From an uncultured Pseudomonadales bacterium (lineage in GTDB: Bacteria > Patescibacteriota > Microgenomatia > UBA1400 > PJMF01), in contig CAZUHV010000001.1 of the NCBI GenBank assembly GCA_964620965.1, positions 445,171-509,170 on the forward strand: a DNA stretch of 64,000 nucleotides, read 5' to 3'. The position numbers were made by a program, and so were the translations under genes. Positions 40,462-51,588 of the stretch are shown here, piece by piece. Below the pieces are notes generated by a model. That model saw only the letters and a program-made list of their open reading frames with translations, was not told where the DNA came from and did not search any database. Numbering within the stretch: position 1 is the first letter of the stretch; each line of letters starts with the position of its first letter.

Positions 40462-42399
40462 TTACTCGTTAACTACTTCACCTTCTTCTGCACCATCTTT
40501 ATCTGTTTTCTTTTCAGACTTATCATCTGCTTGTGCATCAGAACCTGCTGCTCCAGCACCTTTTGAGCCCTGTTCAGCTTGAGCTTTTTGCATAGCTTCA
40601 CCAATTTTTTGAGCTGATTTGAACATTTCATCAGTTGCTGCATCAAGCTCTTCTTTGGTAACATCATCTTTTTCTGCAAGCTCTTTAAGCTTCTTCACAT
40701 TTTCTGCAATAGCTTCTTTATCTGAAGATTCAAGTTTATCACCATATTCTTCGAGTTGTTTTTCTATTTCGAATGCAACTTGATTTGCATGGTTTTTAGC
40801 TTCAATAAGCTCTTTTTTCTTTTTATCTTCTTCTGCATGAGCTTCTGCATCTGCCTTCATTTTTTCAACTTCTTCATCAGAAAGGTTAGTTGAGTTTTGA
40901 ATAGTGATCTTTTGTTCTTTGCCGGTGTTTTTTTCTTTTGCAGTTACATGCAAGATACCATTAGAGTCGATATCAAAAGTAACTTCAACTTGAGGAATAC
41001 CTCTTGGTGCAGGTGGAATTCCATCAAGGATAAAGCGACCAAGTGATTTATTATCAGCAGCCATTTCTCTTTCACCTTGCAAAACATTGATCTCAACCTG
41101 TGTTTGATTGTTTGCAGCTGTAGAAAAAACTTGAGACTTGCTTGTAGGAATTGTAGTATTTCTTTCGATAAGAGGAGTTCTAATTCCACCCAGTGTTTCA
41201 AGGCCTAACGTTAATGGAGTAACATCTAACAAAACAACATCTGTAACGTCTCCACCAATAACTCCAGCTTGGATAGCTGCACCAACAGCGACAACTTCGT
41301 CTGGATTGACACCTTGATGTGGTTTCTTTCCAAAGAACTTTTCAACTTCACTGACAACTTTTGGCATACGGGTTTGACCACCAACCAAAACAATGTCATT
41401 CACTTCTTTTGCAGAAATGCCTGCATCTTTAAGTGCTTTTTCAACTGGTTTAAAGGTCTTTTTGATTAACTCATCAACAATCTCTTCAAGTTTTGCTCTG
41501 GTTAAAGTCATTGTTAAGTGTAGTGGACCATCAGAACCTTGAGTAATAAATGGTTGGTTGATTTCTGAAGATTGTGCACTTGAAAGCTCAATTTTTGCTT
41601 TTTCAGCACTGTCTTTAACACGTTGTAATGCTTGAGGATCTTTTGAAAGATCAACGCCACTTTCTTTTTTAAATTCGGCGATAATCCAATCAATGATCTT
41701 GCTATCAAAGTCATCACCTCCAAGAAATGTGTCTCCATTGGTAGACTTAACTTCAAAAACACCATCGCCAATTTCTAGAATGGAAATATCGAATGTACCA
41801 CCACCCAAGTCATAAACTGCAATAGTGCTACTCCCTTTTTTGTCTAAACCATATGCAAGTGCAGCAGCAGTTGGCTCATTCACAATACGCTCAACTTTAA
41901 GGCCTGCAATTTCACCTGCTTGTTTAGTTGCTTGTCTTTGAGCATCATCAAAATATGCAGGAACTGTGATAACTGCTCTTGATACTTTTGTGCCCAAATA
42001 ACTCTCTGCATCAGCTTTTGCTTTTGCCAAAATTTTTGCTGAAATTTCTTGTGGAGTAAATGTTTTACCATCGATTTTAACGACAGCCATTCCATCTTTA
42101 CCTTCAGTAATTTCATATGCAACATGTTTTGTGGCATTTTGCACACCTGCTGATTTAAGTTTTCCACCCATGAAACGTTTCACAGAGTTCACTGTTTTCT
42201 TTGGATTTAAAACCATTTGACGTTTCGCGACATCCCCAACAGAAATATCTTCACCTTTAAATGAAACAATAGATGGAAACGTATTTCTTCCTTCTGCAGT
42301 AGAAATAATTTTTGGAGATCCACCCTCCATAACTGCTACAGCAGAGTTTGTGGTACCTAAGTCGATACCAATTATCTTACCTGAATTTGAGTCTGACAT
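40462..42399 (-). CDS. dnaK: Chaperone DnaK (Hsp70)
   Basis: 645 aa with [18 protein letters not shown] and an acidic C-terminus. Confidence 0.95.
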   Translation of the reverse strand: MSDSNSGKIIGIDLGTTNSAVAVMEGGSPKIISTAEGRNTFPSIVSFKGEDISVGDVAKRQMVLNPKKTVNSVKRFMGGKLKSAGVQNATKHVAYEITEGKDGMAVVKIDGKTFTPQEISAKILAKAKADAESYLGTKVSRAVITVPAYFDDAQRQATKQAGEIAGLKVERIVNEPTAAALAYGLDKKGSSTIAVYDLGGGTFDISILEIGDGVFEVKSTNGDTFLGGDDFDSKIIDWIIAEFKKESGVDLSKDPQALQRVKDSAEKAKIELSSAQSSEINQPFITQGSDGPLHLTMTLTRAKLEEIVDELIKKTFKPVEKALKDAGISAKEVNDIVLVGGQTRMPKVVSEVEKFFGKKPHQGVNPDEVVAVGAAIQAGVIGGDVTDVVLLDVTPLTLGLETLGGIRTPLIERNTTIPTSKSQVFSTAANNQTQVEINVLQGEREMAADNKSLGRFILDGIPPAPRGIPQVEVTFDIDSNGILHVTAKEKNTGKEQKITIQNSTNLSDEEVEKMKADAEAHAEEDKKKKELIEAKNHANQVAFEIEKQLEEYGDKLESSDKEAIAENVKKLKELAEKDDVTKEELDAATDEMFKSAQKIGEAMQKAQAEQGSKGAGAAGSDAQADDKSEKKTDKDGAEEGEVVNE

Positions 42400-42673
42400 A
42401 GTCTTCTCCTTTTTTATTTGACTTTATACGTATTATTTTTTATACCGATCGTGTTCGGTAGAAATTGTGTACTTGTTATAGTTTTGCGTCCAAAACTTTT
42501 GTGCAAGTAACTCTTTCAATTTCCAATTCTAGCAAACAATTTAAAAGACTGCTAGTAGCAATTTAGCCTGGAAATTAGCAATCGATGTTTTCAACTGCTT
42601 TTTTTATGTGTATTTTAATTATCTCCAAAATTCAAAAATCGAGCTATTTTGTAACTAAGTTTTAGTAAAAATA

Positions 42674-43183
42674 TTAGTCTAAAATAACCTTAGCGTGTTG
42701 GATGACTTCATTGTTTAAGGTATATCCTTCACTGATTACTTTAACAACTGTTTCACCTTTTTCACCAATCTCTGATGCTTCCATTAAAGTTACATCAAAT
42801 GGCTTTCCAAGCGCGTCAATTTTTTTGAGCCCATTTTGTTCCAAAGCTTGCCACAGTTGAGTAATAACCATGTTTAAACCAGCATCATTAAGCTGCTCAC
42901 TTGCTAAAGAAAGGTGGTTTAAAGGCTGTATTAAATCTTCGACAAAGTTCTTTGCTGCCAATTTAGCAACTTTACTGCGCTCTTCGCTGGTTCTTCGAAC
43001 TAAGTTTTGATAATCTGCAAGTGCAACTTGTTCGCGACGCTTCGCGTCGCTCAACTGCTGAGAAAGTGAAACAACTTGATTTGAAAGCTCTTCTACCACC
43101 GCTTCTAATTCCTGTTGTTCTGCTACAGAACCTTGAACTTCTTCTGATTGTTTATCGTATTTTGTACTTTTTGTATCTTTCAT
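42674..43183 (-). CDS. grpE: Nucleotide exchange factor GrpE
   Basis: 169 aa with a coiled-coil N-terminus and a C-terminal GrpE beta domain. It sits in the hrcA-grpE-dnaK context. Confidence 0.85.
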   Translation of the reverse strand: MKDTKSTKYDKQSEEVQGSVAEQQELEAVVEELSNQVVSLSQQLSDAKRREQVALADYQNLVRRTSEERSKVAKLAAKNFVEDLIQPLNHLSLASEQLNDAGLNMVITQLWQALEQNGLKKIDALGKPFDVTLMEASEIGEKGETVVKVISEGYTLNNEVIQHAKVILD

Positions 43184-43192
43184 AGTAAAATT

Positions 43193-43915
43193 TTATTCAA
43201 CAATTTCTTTAATGAGGTTGCGAACATACTTCATCATCGGAATAACATACGCATAATCAAATCTACTTGAACCTAACAGAGCAATGTGAATTGGCTGTCC
43301 ATCAACTTCAAAAGACATGTGAATTATGCCAACTGGCATTAAGTTACGGTTTCCTAATTCCGGACCGTACACAACTTGCACTAAATTCTCATTCGCATTC
43401 GCTTCAAAAATTTCTTCGAGAAGTTTCTCTTCTTCTATCAACTGCAACACATGTCTCATCACTTTAATGTCATAAAATTCTGGCATTTGTAAAAGGTTTG
43501 CATATCCAGAGTGGTACAAGTGATAATCGTCATGTAAAGCAATTGCCAAAGACTGAGATTTATCTGCTAAAACTTTTGTAATTTGATAGAGCATTTGATC
43601 AAGTTTGTCACGGCTGTTCCAGATTTTCTCTTTAGCAGAAACTTCATCTGCAACAGAAAGGTCGCGCTCTTTCATTAACTCATTCACGTATAGCTTCATT
43701 GCCGCAGGAGTTGGAACGCGTCCAGCGCTACTATGACTTTTACTCAAGTAACCTTGTTTGGTGAGTTGTGCCATTTCATTACGAATTGTTGCTGGAGAAA
43801 CTCCAATAGAATACTTTTTATCTACTGTTTCAGAACCAACTGGCTCTGCTGTTGAAATAAATTCTTCAATCACTGCTCGTAAGATTTGTACTTGTCTAGC
43901 GGTTAAATCTATCAT
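43193..43915 (-). CDS. hrcA: Heat-inducible transcription repressor HrcA
   Basis: The N-terminal LTARQVQILRAVIEEFISTAEPVGSE winged helix is present. The start was set at the ATG (MIDL); the annotated TTG lies 12 nt upstream. Confidence 0.85.
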   Translation of the reverse strand: MIDLTARQVQILRAVIEEFISTAEPVGSETVDKKYSIGVSPATIRNEMAQLTKQGYLSKSHSSAGRVPTPAAMKLYVNELMKERDLSVADEVSAKEKIWNSRDKLDQMLYQITKVLADKSQSLAIALHDDYHLYHSGYANLLQMPEFYDIKVMRHVLQLIEEEKLLEEIFEANANENLVQVVYGPELGNRNLMPVGIIHMSFEVDGQPIHIALLGSSRFDYAYVIPMMKYVRNLIKEIVE

Positions 43916-43920
43916 AGTTA

Positions 43921-43947
43921 TTAGCAATCATATCTGTAGCTTGCTAA
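43921..43947. promoter_or_regulatory. CIRCE-like operator TTAGCAATC-N9-GCTTGCTAA immediately upstream of hrcA
   Basis: Perfect 7-bp inverted repeat TTAGCAA/TTGCTAA with 13-nt spacing. It has 3 mismatches to consensus TTAGCACTC-N9-GAGTGCTAA. Confidence 0.6.
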
Positions 43948-44031
43948 GTTGTCAACTATCTACTCTTAGTTGTATTCAATAGGTTAATATTCTGGTATCT
44001 GTGAAAACGCAATTCTGTTACACTTATACGT

Positions 44032-45441
44032 ATGCAATCGAAAAAAATGACCAAAGCCAAAATGATTACTCAGTTTTTGATTATTTTAAGTTTATTAGTT
44101 GTTGTGTTAGTTGGTGCTAGTCAAATTGGAGTGTTACGAGAGTTTTTTGGTAAAGCTTCTGGAGAAAATGCCAACATCCATGTGTATACAAATAACGTTT
44201 TAGGAACATATAAAAAACCTTGGAGAAACCTCGCACAAGGAGGGGAAGATCACGAATGGCGTATGGGTCAACTTGTTGCGCCAGTCAAGGCTCTGAACCC
44301 AGAATATATTCGTATAGATCATATTTATGATTTCTATGACGTTGTTTCTGGAGAAAATGGAAATTATTCTTATGATTTCTCAAAACTAGATCTACTTTTA
44401 AATGATATTGCCGCAACTGGTGCAAAACCTTATATTGCGCTTACCTATATGCCTCCACAGTTCGCCAATGGGGATATTGTGGGAAAACCAAATAATTATG
44501 GTGATTGGCAAAACTTGGTTCAAAGAACTATCCAGCACGTGAGCGGCACACGAGGAATTTCTGATGTGTACTATGAGGTTTGGAATGAACCAGATCTTTT
44601 TGGTGGCTGGAAATACTATGGTGATAAAAATTACCTTACGCTTTATAAGTTTGCTGCACTTGGGGCAGCTAAAACTTCTGGAGTAAAACCTTTCAAACTT
44701 GGTGGCCCTGTAACAACTGGTTTTTATAAAAACTGGGCAGAAGCTCTCATAAAATTTGCATACGAAAATAAATTAAAACTAGACTTCATCTCTTGGCATC
44801 GATACTCAACTAATCTTGATGTGTATAAAGAAGATATGCTAGCAGTGAGAACTCTTTTACAGAAATACCCACAGTATGATGAGCTTATCGAATTTCACAT
44901 CACAGAATGGGGACATGATAGTGAAGTCAATGCAGGATATGACACTTCTTATTCAGCTGCTCACACAGTGGCTGGAGCAATTGAAATGGTTGGAGTTGTA
45001 GAACGTGCATTTGCCTTTGAAATACAAGATGGAAAAGATCCTGCTGGACAAGAATACTGGGGGCGTTGGGGATTATTTACACACAATGATTTTGGTGCAA
45101 AAGCCAAACCAAGATATTTTGCACTCAAAATGCTTGATAAAATTTCCGATCAAAGAGTGCAACTACTTGGAAAAGGCAGTTGGACCAAAGCTCTTGCGGC
45201 AAAGAACCCTCAATCAGGAAATATTGAAGTTGTCTTAGCAAACTTTGATCCAAAAGCTCAACATAGCGAAAATGTACCAATTTTATTCGAAGATATCGGG
45301 CCAGGTAGCTATACCATTAAAAAAGAGCTAAGCAACGGGAGTGTCTTTACGGAAAATATTGCAACAACGGAAGCAAAACTCAAAACAACATTGTTTATGC
45401 CAACAAATACCGTTGGATTTGTAACTTTGGAGAGAAAGTAA
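44032..45441 (+). CDS. Membrane-anchored clan GH-A glycoside hydrolase (GH39-like)
   Basis: 469 aa with an N-terminal TM. EVWNEPD provides the acid/base and ITEWGH the nucleophile, in the spacing typical of GH39/GH5. Confidence 0.55.
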   Translation: MQSKKMTKAKMITQFLIILSLLVVVLVGASQIGVLREFFGKASGENANIHVYTNNVLGTYKKPWRNLAQGGEDHEWRMGQLVAPVKALNPEYIRIDHIYDFYDVVSGENGNYSYDFSKLDLLLNDIAATGAKPYIALTYMPPQFANGDIVGKPNNYGDWQNLVQRTIQHVSGTRGISDVYYEVWNEPDLFGGWKYYGDKNYLTLYKFAALGAAKTSGVKPFKLGGPVTTGFYKNWAEALIKFAYENKLKLDFISWHRYSTNLDVYKEDMLAVRTLLQKYPQYDELIEFHITEWGHDSEVNAGYDTSYSAAHTVAGAIEMVGVVERAFAFEIQDGKDPAGQEYWGRWGLFTHNDFGAKAKPRYFALKMLDKISDQRVQLLGKGSWTKALAAKNPQSGNIEVVLANFDPKAQHSENVPILFEDIGPGSYTIKKELSNGSVFTENIATTEAKLKTTLFMPTNTVGFVTLERK

Positions 45442-45456
45442 GTTAAAAAAAATAAA

Positions 45457-46677
45457 TTACAGCAGTTCTTTAATAAATTGTAATACTCGAGTTTTAAACT
45501 TCTCTTTACTGAAATCCACTGCATACTCATAGATTTTTTGCCTGTTCCATTTTGTTGTCTGAATTTTTTGAATAGCTTTGCCAAAACTCTCTACAGTAAA
45601 CTCATCAAAAAAGTATCCATTTTCACCCTCTTGAACCGTTTCCAGAGGACCACCAGACTTATGTGCAACAACAGGGATACCATGCCCCATAGCTTCTATT
45701 GGAACCATTCCGAAATCTTCATCTTCCGCTGGATATAACAAAGCTGAAGCATTTTCATATAAAGAGTATAATTCCTCGTCAGAAACCCCACCTAAAAACT
45801 CTATGTTTTTTCCTAAACTTTCACCTGCAAGGTCTTGTAGCATTTCAACACCTCTTCCAGATCCAACAACTTTAAGATTAAAACCAATCTCTTTTGCAGC
45901 AAGAACCGCTAAATCAACATGTTTACTTGCAGCAATTCTGCCAACAATTAAAAAATAGCCATCTTCTTTTGGAAGCTGTGCTTTGTTTTCGAATTTTCGA
46001 TCTAAATCAATTTCGATTGGCGGATAAATCACAGTAGAATCCAGTTTATAAAATTTTTGAATTCTTCTTTGAGTTTCTTTGGAATTAGCAATAAAATAAT
46101 CAACATTTTCTCGGGCAATTTTTACGTCAAGAATTCTTAAATAGTGATTCAGTATCGTACCAAAAAATCCGGTGATTGGGTTACTCTTCCAATCAGTTCT
46201 GGTGGTATAACCATACAAAGATCGTGCAGGAGTGTGGCAGTAACTTATATGAAGTGCGCCGACTTTCTTACTTGTATCTTTAGCCTTAGTATCTGTCTCT
46301 GCAGTTGTAGTACCTATTGTTCTCTTTGTTGTAACAGCCTTAGAAAAATATGCATTTGTAGAAGAAATAACCAAATCATATTCACTTAAGTCAAATGCCG
46401 AAAAATACTGTGGCGCAAAAATTCGCAAAGGAGAAAATAATTTTTTATAAAACGGAATTTTGGTTAACCAGCTTTGTCGAATATCCCAATCTTGAAATTT
46501 CGCCCAATGAATCCCAGTAACAGAGCTATCAACAAAAGAAACATATAGTGGTGCTTGTGGAAAAATTTCATGCAGAGCTTCGACCACGCGTTCTGCTCCA
46601 CCATACTCACGTAAATAATCATGAACAAGTGCAACCTTTAACTGTGAGATATCTTTTATTTTTTTATCTTTGCTCAT
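45457..46677 (-). CDS. GT4-family glycosyltransferase
   Basis: 406 aa with the C-terminal EDFGMVPIEAMGHGIPVVAHKSGGPLETV (E-x7-E region). Confidence 0.8.
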   Translation of the reverse strand: MSKDKKIKDISQLKVALVHDYLREYGGAERVVEALHEIFPQAPLYVSFVDSSVTGIHWAKFQDWDIRQSWLTKIPFYKKLFSPLRIFAPQYFSAFDLSEYDLVISSTNAYFSKAVTTKRTIGTTTAETDTKAKDTSKKVGALHISYCHTPARSLYGYTTRTDWKSNPITGFFGTILNHYLRILDVKIARENVDYFIANSKETQRRIQKFYKLDSTVIYPPIEIDLDRKFENKAQLPKEDGYFLIVGRIAASKHVDLAVLAAKEIGFNLKVVGSGRGVEMLQDLAGESLGKNIEFLGGVSDEELYSLYENASALLYPAEDEDFGMVPIEAMGHGIPVVAHKSGGPLETVQEGENGYFFDEFTVESFGKAIQKIQTTKWNRQKIYEYAVDFSKEKFKTRVLQFIKELL

Positions 46678-46744
46678 ATGTTTCGACTAGTTCAATTAAT
46701 TTAGTTAGTATTTTTCTAGTTACTTTAGTTTCAATCAAAAAAAT

Positions 46745-47737
46745 TTAAAATAATGCCTCTTGTATTGCTTCTTCAAACTTATCTTTTGGTAACATATTTT
46801 TTAATGAATTAAACTGATATAACTCAAATAAATCCGCTACCTTATGTTTATCATAATCCTTTGTGATGCATGCATCTAGATTAAATTGTACTGGGGCATC
46901 TCTTTGAATTGTTGCTAATTTTTTACTTAAAAACGCCATTTCTGTATCTTCAGCAAGTTTTTTTAGCGTGGATCCCTTTAACAAAGGGTCAGTCAATTTT
47001 TCACCGTTCTTTTCTTTTTCGATAACTTCTGCAACTGCTTCATATAATTTTTCTAAACTTTCAAATTTTTGAATTAAACTAGTTGCTGTTTTTATTCCAA
47101 TCCCTTTAACTCCTGGAATATTATCTGACGGGTCCCCCATCAGGGCTTTAAGATCTGGAACTTGGTTTGCACGCACCCCTAATTTTTCAACTACACCAGC
47201 TTCATCATACTCTTTGTCTCTACTAAAACGCCCTCTTCCCGGAATGAAAACGTGAGTGCTATCGTCATACACTAGTTGCAATAAATCTTTATCTCCAGTA
47301 ACAATAACCGTTAAGATCTTTTTTTCAAAATCTTTGATCTTGTCGTTTTCTATATTCATTAACTTTGAAATGGTGCCAAGTAAATCATCTGCTTCAAAAC
47401 CATCAAGTTCAAACTGAGGAATATTAAACGCCGCAACCAAATCTTTAATTATTTGAACCTGAGAAATTAAATCATCTGGCATTGGAGGCCTTTGAGCTTT
47501 ATACTCTTTAAACTCCGCAACTCGTTTTGACTTCCCATTTTTATGATCAAACGCTACCGCAATATATTTTGGATCGTAATCATCAATAACTTTAAGAAGA
47601 ATTCTGGCAAATCCATACACAGCATTAATTGGTTGGCCCTTTGGATCGGTCAATTCTTTTAGAGCATGGTATGCCCTATAGATAATTGCATGACCATCAA
47701 GAATAATAAATTTTTCTTGATGCTTTAGTTCATCCAT
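46745..47737 (-). CDS. 5'-3' exonuclease (Pol I N-terminal/FEN-like, stand-alone)
   Basis: 330 aa with FILDGHAIIYRAYHA and the acidic metal-binding clusters plus an HhH motif. There is no polymerase domain. Confidence 0.8.
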   Translation of the reverse strand: MDELKHQEKFIILDGHAIIYRAYHALKELTDPKGQPINAVYGFARILLKVIDDYDPKYIAVAFDHKNGKSKRVAEFKEYKAQRPPMPDDLISQVQIIKDLVAAFNIPQFELDGFEADDLLGTISKLMNIENDKIKDFEKKILTVIVTGDKDLLQLVYDDSTHVFIPGRGRFSRDKEYDEAGVVEKLGVRANQVPDLKALMGDPSDNIPGVKGIGIKTATSLIQKFESLEKLYEAVAEVIEKEKNGEKLTDPLLKGSTLKKLAEDTEMAFLSKKLATIQRDAPVQFNLDACITKDYDKHKVADLFELYQFNSLKNMLPKDKFEEAIQEALF

Positions 47738-49684
47738 TTATGCCTTTTTAGCTTTTTTAACTCCCATGAGTTTTTCAAACTCTTCACCATCAATAGATTC
47801 AAGTTCAATAAGCTTCTCTGAAAGATTCTTAAGTTCTTTTGCGTATTTTTTCAAAATAGACTCAGCACGTTTTTGACCTTCAGCAATAAATTTTTGGATC
47901 TCTGAGTCAACTTTTTCTTGCAGTCTTTCTGATAACTTACCATACTCACCATATAATGAGTCATAGGATTGATCTATATCTGTATGCAAGTTTATTGGAC
48001 CCAAATCACTCATACCATAATCCATAACCATAGCCCGAGCGATCTTTGTAGCCTTTTGTATGTCACTGCTTGCTCCTGCAGTAAGCTCGTTATACACCTG
48101 TTTTTCAGCGGTACGTCCCCCAAGAAGAACTGCAATATCATCTAGCAACTCTGATTGGGTTGTTTGTAGTTTATCTTTTTCTGGTGGAGTCAAAGTAAAT
48201 CCTAAGGCACGTCCACGAGAAATGATAGAAACTCTGTGCACAGGATCTGCATGTGGCGAAACATGTGCAACAATTGCGTGACCCATTTCGTGATACGCAG
48301 TCATTTCTTTTTCAAGTTTGTCTTGCAAACGTTTTTTGCTTGGACCAAGTTTCACTTTAAGTGCTGCTTCTTCAATATCTTCTGAAGTAATTTCTTCTCT
48401 AGCCTCACGAGCAACTGCAATTGCAGCTTCATTAAGCATGTTTTCAATATCTGCACCAGAATATCCAACAGTTCTTCTTGCAACACGCTCCCAATTGAGA
48501 TCTTTTACAAATGGTTTACCTTTTGCATGAATCTTGATAATAAACTTTCTTTCTTCAAGATCTGGTAAAGAAACCATAACTCTTCTGTCAAATCTTCCAG
48601 GACGAACAAGTGCAGGATCTAACATATCACCGCGGTTTGTTGCCGCCATCACAATAACATTGTCATTCTGAGAAAATCCGTCCATCTCAACCAAAATTTG
48701 GTTTAATGTTTGTTCCCGTTCGTCGTGGCCTCCGCTAAAATTTCCTTTACCACGTGCACGACCTATTGCATCAATCTCGTCAATAAAAATAATCGCTGGA
48801 GCTAGTTTTTTTGCAGTTGTAAACAAATCTCGAACACGAGACGCACCTACACCCACAAGCATTTCCATAAATTCAGAACCTGCAATAGATAAAAATTGAA
48901 CGTTTGCTTCTCCAGCAACTGCACGGGCTAACAAAGTCTTACCCGTTCCAGCAGGACCAACTAATAACACACCCTTTGGAGTTCGTGCACCAACTTTGGT
49001 ATATTTTTTTGGATTCTTTAAAAAGTCGACAACTTCTTCAAGTTCTGCCTTTGCTTCATCCATGCCTCCAACGTCAGCAAACTTAGTATTTTGTTTTCCT
49101 TTTACAAAAAGTTTGGCTTTGCTTTTACCAATGCCCATGATATCTGGACCACCTTTTGCACCTCTAAATAAGAAAAGAAATACACCTATCATTAATATGA
49201 CAGGCAAGAAACTTAATAGAAGTTCCCAAAGTAATTGCCCCATACCAACGCTCTTCACTTCAAGATCTGTTGCTGCTAAATCAATATCAGCGGCATTTAA
49301 AATGCTTACTAAATCTTGACCATCTTCTTTAAGCGCAATTTTTTCTGCTCCATCTGTATAAGTTACCCGTAATTCATCTCCAGCAACTTGAACACTGCTG
49401 ATTTTTGCGTCTCGAATATCTTTTACCAAAGTAGAAATAGAAATCTCTTTATTTGGATCTGAAGTAAACAATGAAACTAATAAAGGTAAAAAGAGTAACC
49501 CAAGTAAAATATACAAAATTGCTTTGTTCAAAATATTTTTTGGCGACAAATCCATAGTGAATGACTTCATGACCAACTGTTTTTGTTGTGGTTTTTGACC
49601 TTGAACATTTTCTTTGCCTTTAGAATTTTGATTTTCTGGAACTTTAGTTTCCCGTTGCTTTTCTTGAGTTTTATTTTCAGCCAT
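47738..49684 (-). CDS. ftsH: ATP-dependent zinc metalloprotease FtsH
   Basis: 648 aa with two TM helices, the AAA module ([13 protein letters not shown]) and HEMGH. Confidence 0.95.
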   Translation of the reverse strand: MAENKTQEKQRETKVPENQNSKGKENVQGQKPQQKQLVMKSFTMDLSPKNILNKAILYILLGLLFLPLLVSLFTSDPNKEISISTLVKDIRDAKISSVQVAGDELRVTYTDGAEKIALKEDGQDLVSILNAADIDLAATDLEVKSVGMGQLLWELLLSFLPVILMIGVFLFLFRGAKGGPDIMGIGKSKAKLFVKGKQNTKFADVGGMDEAKAELEEVVDFLKNPKKYTKVGARTPKGVLLVGPAGTGKTLLARAVAGEANVQFLSIAGSEFMEMLVGVGASRVRDLFTTAKKLAPAIIFIDEIDAIGRARGKGNFSGGHDEREQTLNQILVEMDGFSQNDNVIVMAATNRGDMLDPALVRPGRFDRRVMVSLPDLEERKFIIKIHAKGKPFVKDLNWERVARRTVGYSGADIENMLNEAAIAVAREAREEITSEDIEEAALKVKLGPSKKRLQDKLEKEMTAYHEMGHAIVAHVSPHADPVHRVSIISRGRALGFTLTPPEKDKLQTTQSELLDDIAVLLGGRTAEKQVYNELTAGASSDIQKATKIARAMVMDYGMSDLGPINLHTDIDQSYDSLYGEYGKLSERLQEKVDSEIQKFIAEGQKRAESILKKYAKELKNLSEKLIELESIDGEEFEKLMGVKKAKKA

Positions 49685-49737
49685 AGCTATCCTCTATACT
49701 TTACAGATTTCTAAAAAGGTTATTGTAACACGTAGTA

Positions 49738-50085
49738 CTATCTTACTACAGTTCCTGGAGCACATTCTGTCTCTGGTTCTAATAAAATTGCTGTATCACC
49801 ACCTGCAGCAATAATCATGCCTTGACTTTCAACACCACGAAGTTTTCTTGGTGCCAAATTTGCTAGATAGACTACTGTTCTACCAATTAGGTCTTCTGTA
49901 GAGTACCATTCTTTGATACCAGAAGCTACTGTTCTTTCTCCAAGCTCACCAACATCTAAAGTTAATTTAAGTAACTTGTCTGCTCCTTCAATTTCCTCTG
50001 CATTCAAAACCTTCGCAATTCTTAAATCAAGTTTTGCAAAATCATCATACTGAACTTCAATTTTTTGTGTTTGTTCGTCTAACAT
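49738..50085 (-). CDS. tRNA-binding domain protein (CsaA/Trbp111/MetG C-terminal-like OB fold)
   Basis: 115 aa with LDLRIAKV...ESQGMIIAAG. Confidence 0.75.
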   Translation of the reverse strand: MLDEQTQKIEVQYDDFAKLDLRIAKVLNAEEIEGADKLLKLTLDVGELGERTVASGIKEWYSTEDLIGRTVVYLANLAPRKLRGVESQGMIIAAGGDTAILLEPETECAPGTVVR

Positions 50086-50130
50086 TTTATGTTTTCCTTT
50101 ATATTTTCTTATTTCTCAATTTCTAAAAAA

Positions 50131-51117
50131 TTATCGTAACCCCAATTTTTCTTTCACTTCTTTTACTGTTTGCTCAGCAATTGCTCTCGATTTTTGAGCT
50201 CCTTCACGGATCATACGATCAACATATTCAGGATTTGCTTCTAGTTCTGCACGTTTTGCTTGAATTGGCTCTAATTCTGCAAATATTGCTTCTGCCAACT
50301 CTTTCTTAAGATCTCCATAGCGAATTCCTGCACCCACATATTGTGCTTCATATTCCTTACGTTTATCTAGACCTTGAAATAACTCAACAAATTGCAATAA
50401 GTTAGCCACTCCACCTTGAGTAGGCACTACTTCTCCAACCCCAGAATCTGTTGGAGCTTTGCTTAACTTTTTAAGAATTGTGTCTAAATCATCTCCTAAC
50501 TCAATGGCAGAACCCTCAACAGACTTGCTCATTTTGCCTTCACCTAGTAATGAAGGGACATACTCACCTTTTGTTGCAAAACGAACTGGCTCAGGAAAAT
50601 CTGTTCCAAATTGTTCATTCATTTTTCGTGCAATTTCACGCGCAACTTCAAGGTGTGGTTCTTGATCTATTCCAACAGGAACTAATCCTGCTTTATAAAT
50701 TAATATATCTGCAGCCATAAGAAGCGGATAGTTAAGCAACGCCATTGTTACATTATCTGGATGTTGTTTAACCTTGTCTTTAAATGTTGGTAGGTGTTGC
50801 ATTCTTGCAACCGTTTCTACAGACCCAAAATAAAATGCCAACTGCGTGATTAAATCAGATAAATCCGACTGAATTGAAATATGGCTTTTTTCCGGATCTA
50901 ACCCAACCGACAAATAATCAATAAAAACATCGCGAGCACTTTGCTTTAAAGTTGACGCGTCGTATGGAGTTGTAATTGCATGTACATCCACAACTGTATA
51001 TAAAGTTTCATATTCAGGATTATTTTGCAGTTCCAACATTCCTTTCGCAGCACCTAAGTAATTGCCTAAATGCAAACGACCAGTTGGTCTCATTCCCGAT
51101 AACACTCTTTTTTTCAT
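50131..51117 (-). CDS. trpS: Tryptophanyl-tRNA synthetase
   Basis: 328 aa with PTGRLHLGNYLG (HIGH-type) and KMSKS. Confidence 0.9.
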   Translation of the reverse strand: MKKRVLSGMRPTGRLHLGNYLGAAKGMLELQNNPEYETLYTVVDVHAITTPYDASTLKQSARDVFIDYLSVGLDPEKSHISIQSDLSDLITQLAFYFGSVETVARMQHLPTFKDKVKQHPDNVTMALLNYPLLMAADILIYKAGLVPVGIDQEPHLEVAREIARKMNEQFGTDFPEPVRFATKGEYVPSLLGEGKMSKSVEGSAIELGDDLDTILKKLSKAPTDSGVGEVVPTQGGVANLLQFVELFQGLDKRKEYEAQYVGAGIRYGDLKKELAEAIFAELEPIQAKRAELEANPEYVDRMIREGAQKSRAIAEQTVKEVKEKLGLR

Positions 51118-51535
51118 AATACTTGTTCTTTCTTATCTTGTTTATTATACATTGAATCTGAAAAGTTTTGCTTAATTCAGATTGAGGTTGGAGCTGAACG
51201 TAGATGCCTTGCATCTTGTGTACCTGTGACTCTTTTTCACTACGTTCAAAAAAGATCGGGTCCATAATAGCTCTGCATCTTTCGTACCTACGCTTTTTTT
51301 ATTCATTTCATTCATAAAAAAGCGGGTCCGAGCGTTGCATGTTGTGTGTCAGCAACTTTTTCTTAAGAAAAAGCTGGACCCACAAAAATAAAAAATGCTC
51401 CGATCGGGAGCATATTGTTTAATTTCTTCGTTTTGATACAACAACACGCTCCCTTAGTTTAGGAAGTCCACCACATTCTGCTGGTTGTTGTTTGTATGTT
51501 TTTCATAACTGTTGGGTATTATAGCAGATTTATCT

Positions 51536-51561
51536 ACAAAAAACTCCCTTTTCAGGGAGTT
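51536..51561 (-). terminator. Rho-independent terminator downstream of the recombinase gene
   Basis: An AACTCCCT-TTTC-AGGGAGTT hairpin with a T-run on the minus strand. Confidence 0.6.
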
Positions 51562-51588
51562 TGGACAGTTTTTGTATCAAATATAAAA

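Noticed and set aside
51118-51420. T-box riboswitch upstream of trpS
   Set aside because: No T-box consensus (AATTAGGGTGG..ACC) or UGG specifier context was found on the minus strand. A -10 element sits only approx 27 nt from the trpS ATG.
51421-51530. SRP RNA or RNase P RNA suggested by GGAAGTCC / AGCAG motifs
   Set aside because: Only short partial matches were seen. The additional conserved elements (GNRA-flanked symmetric loop, P4 pairing partner, ACAGAA.CCGGCUUA) are missing and the space is too small for RNase P.
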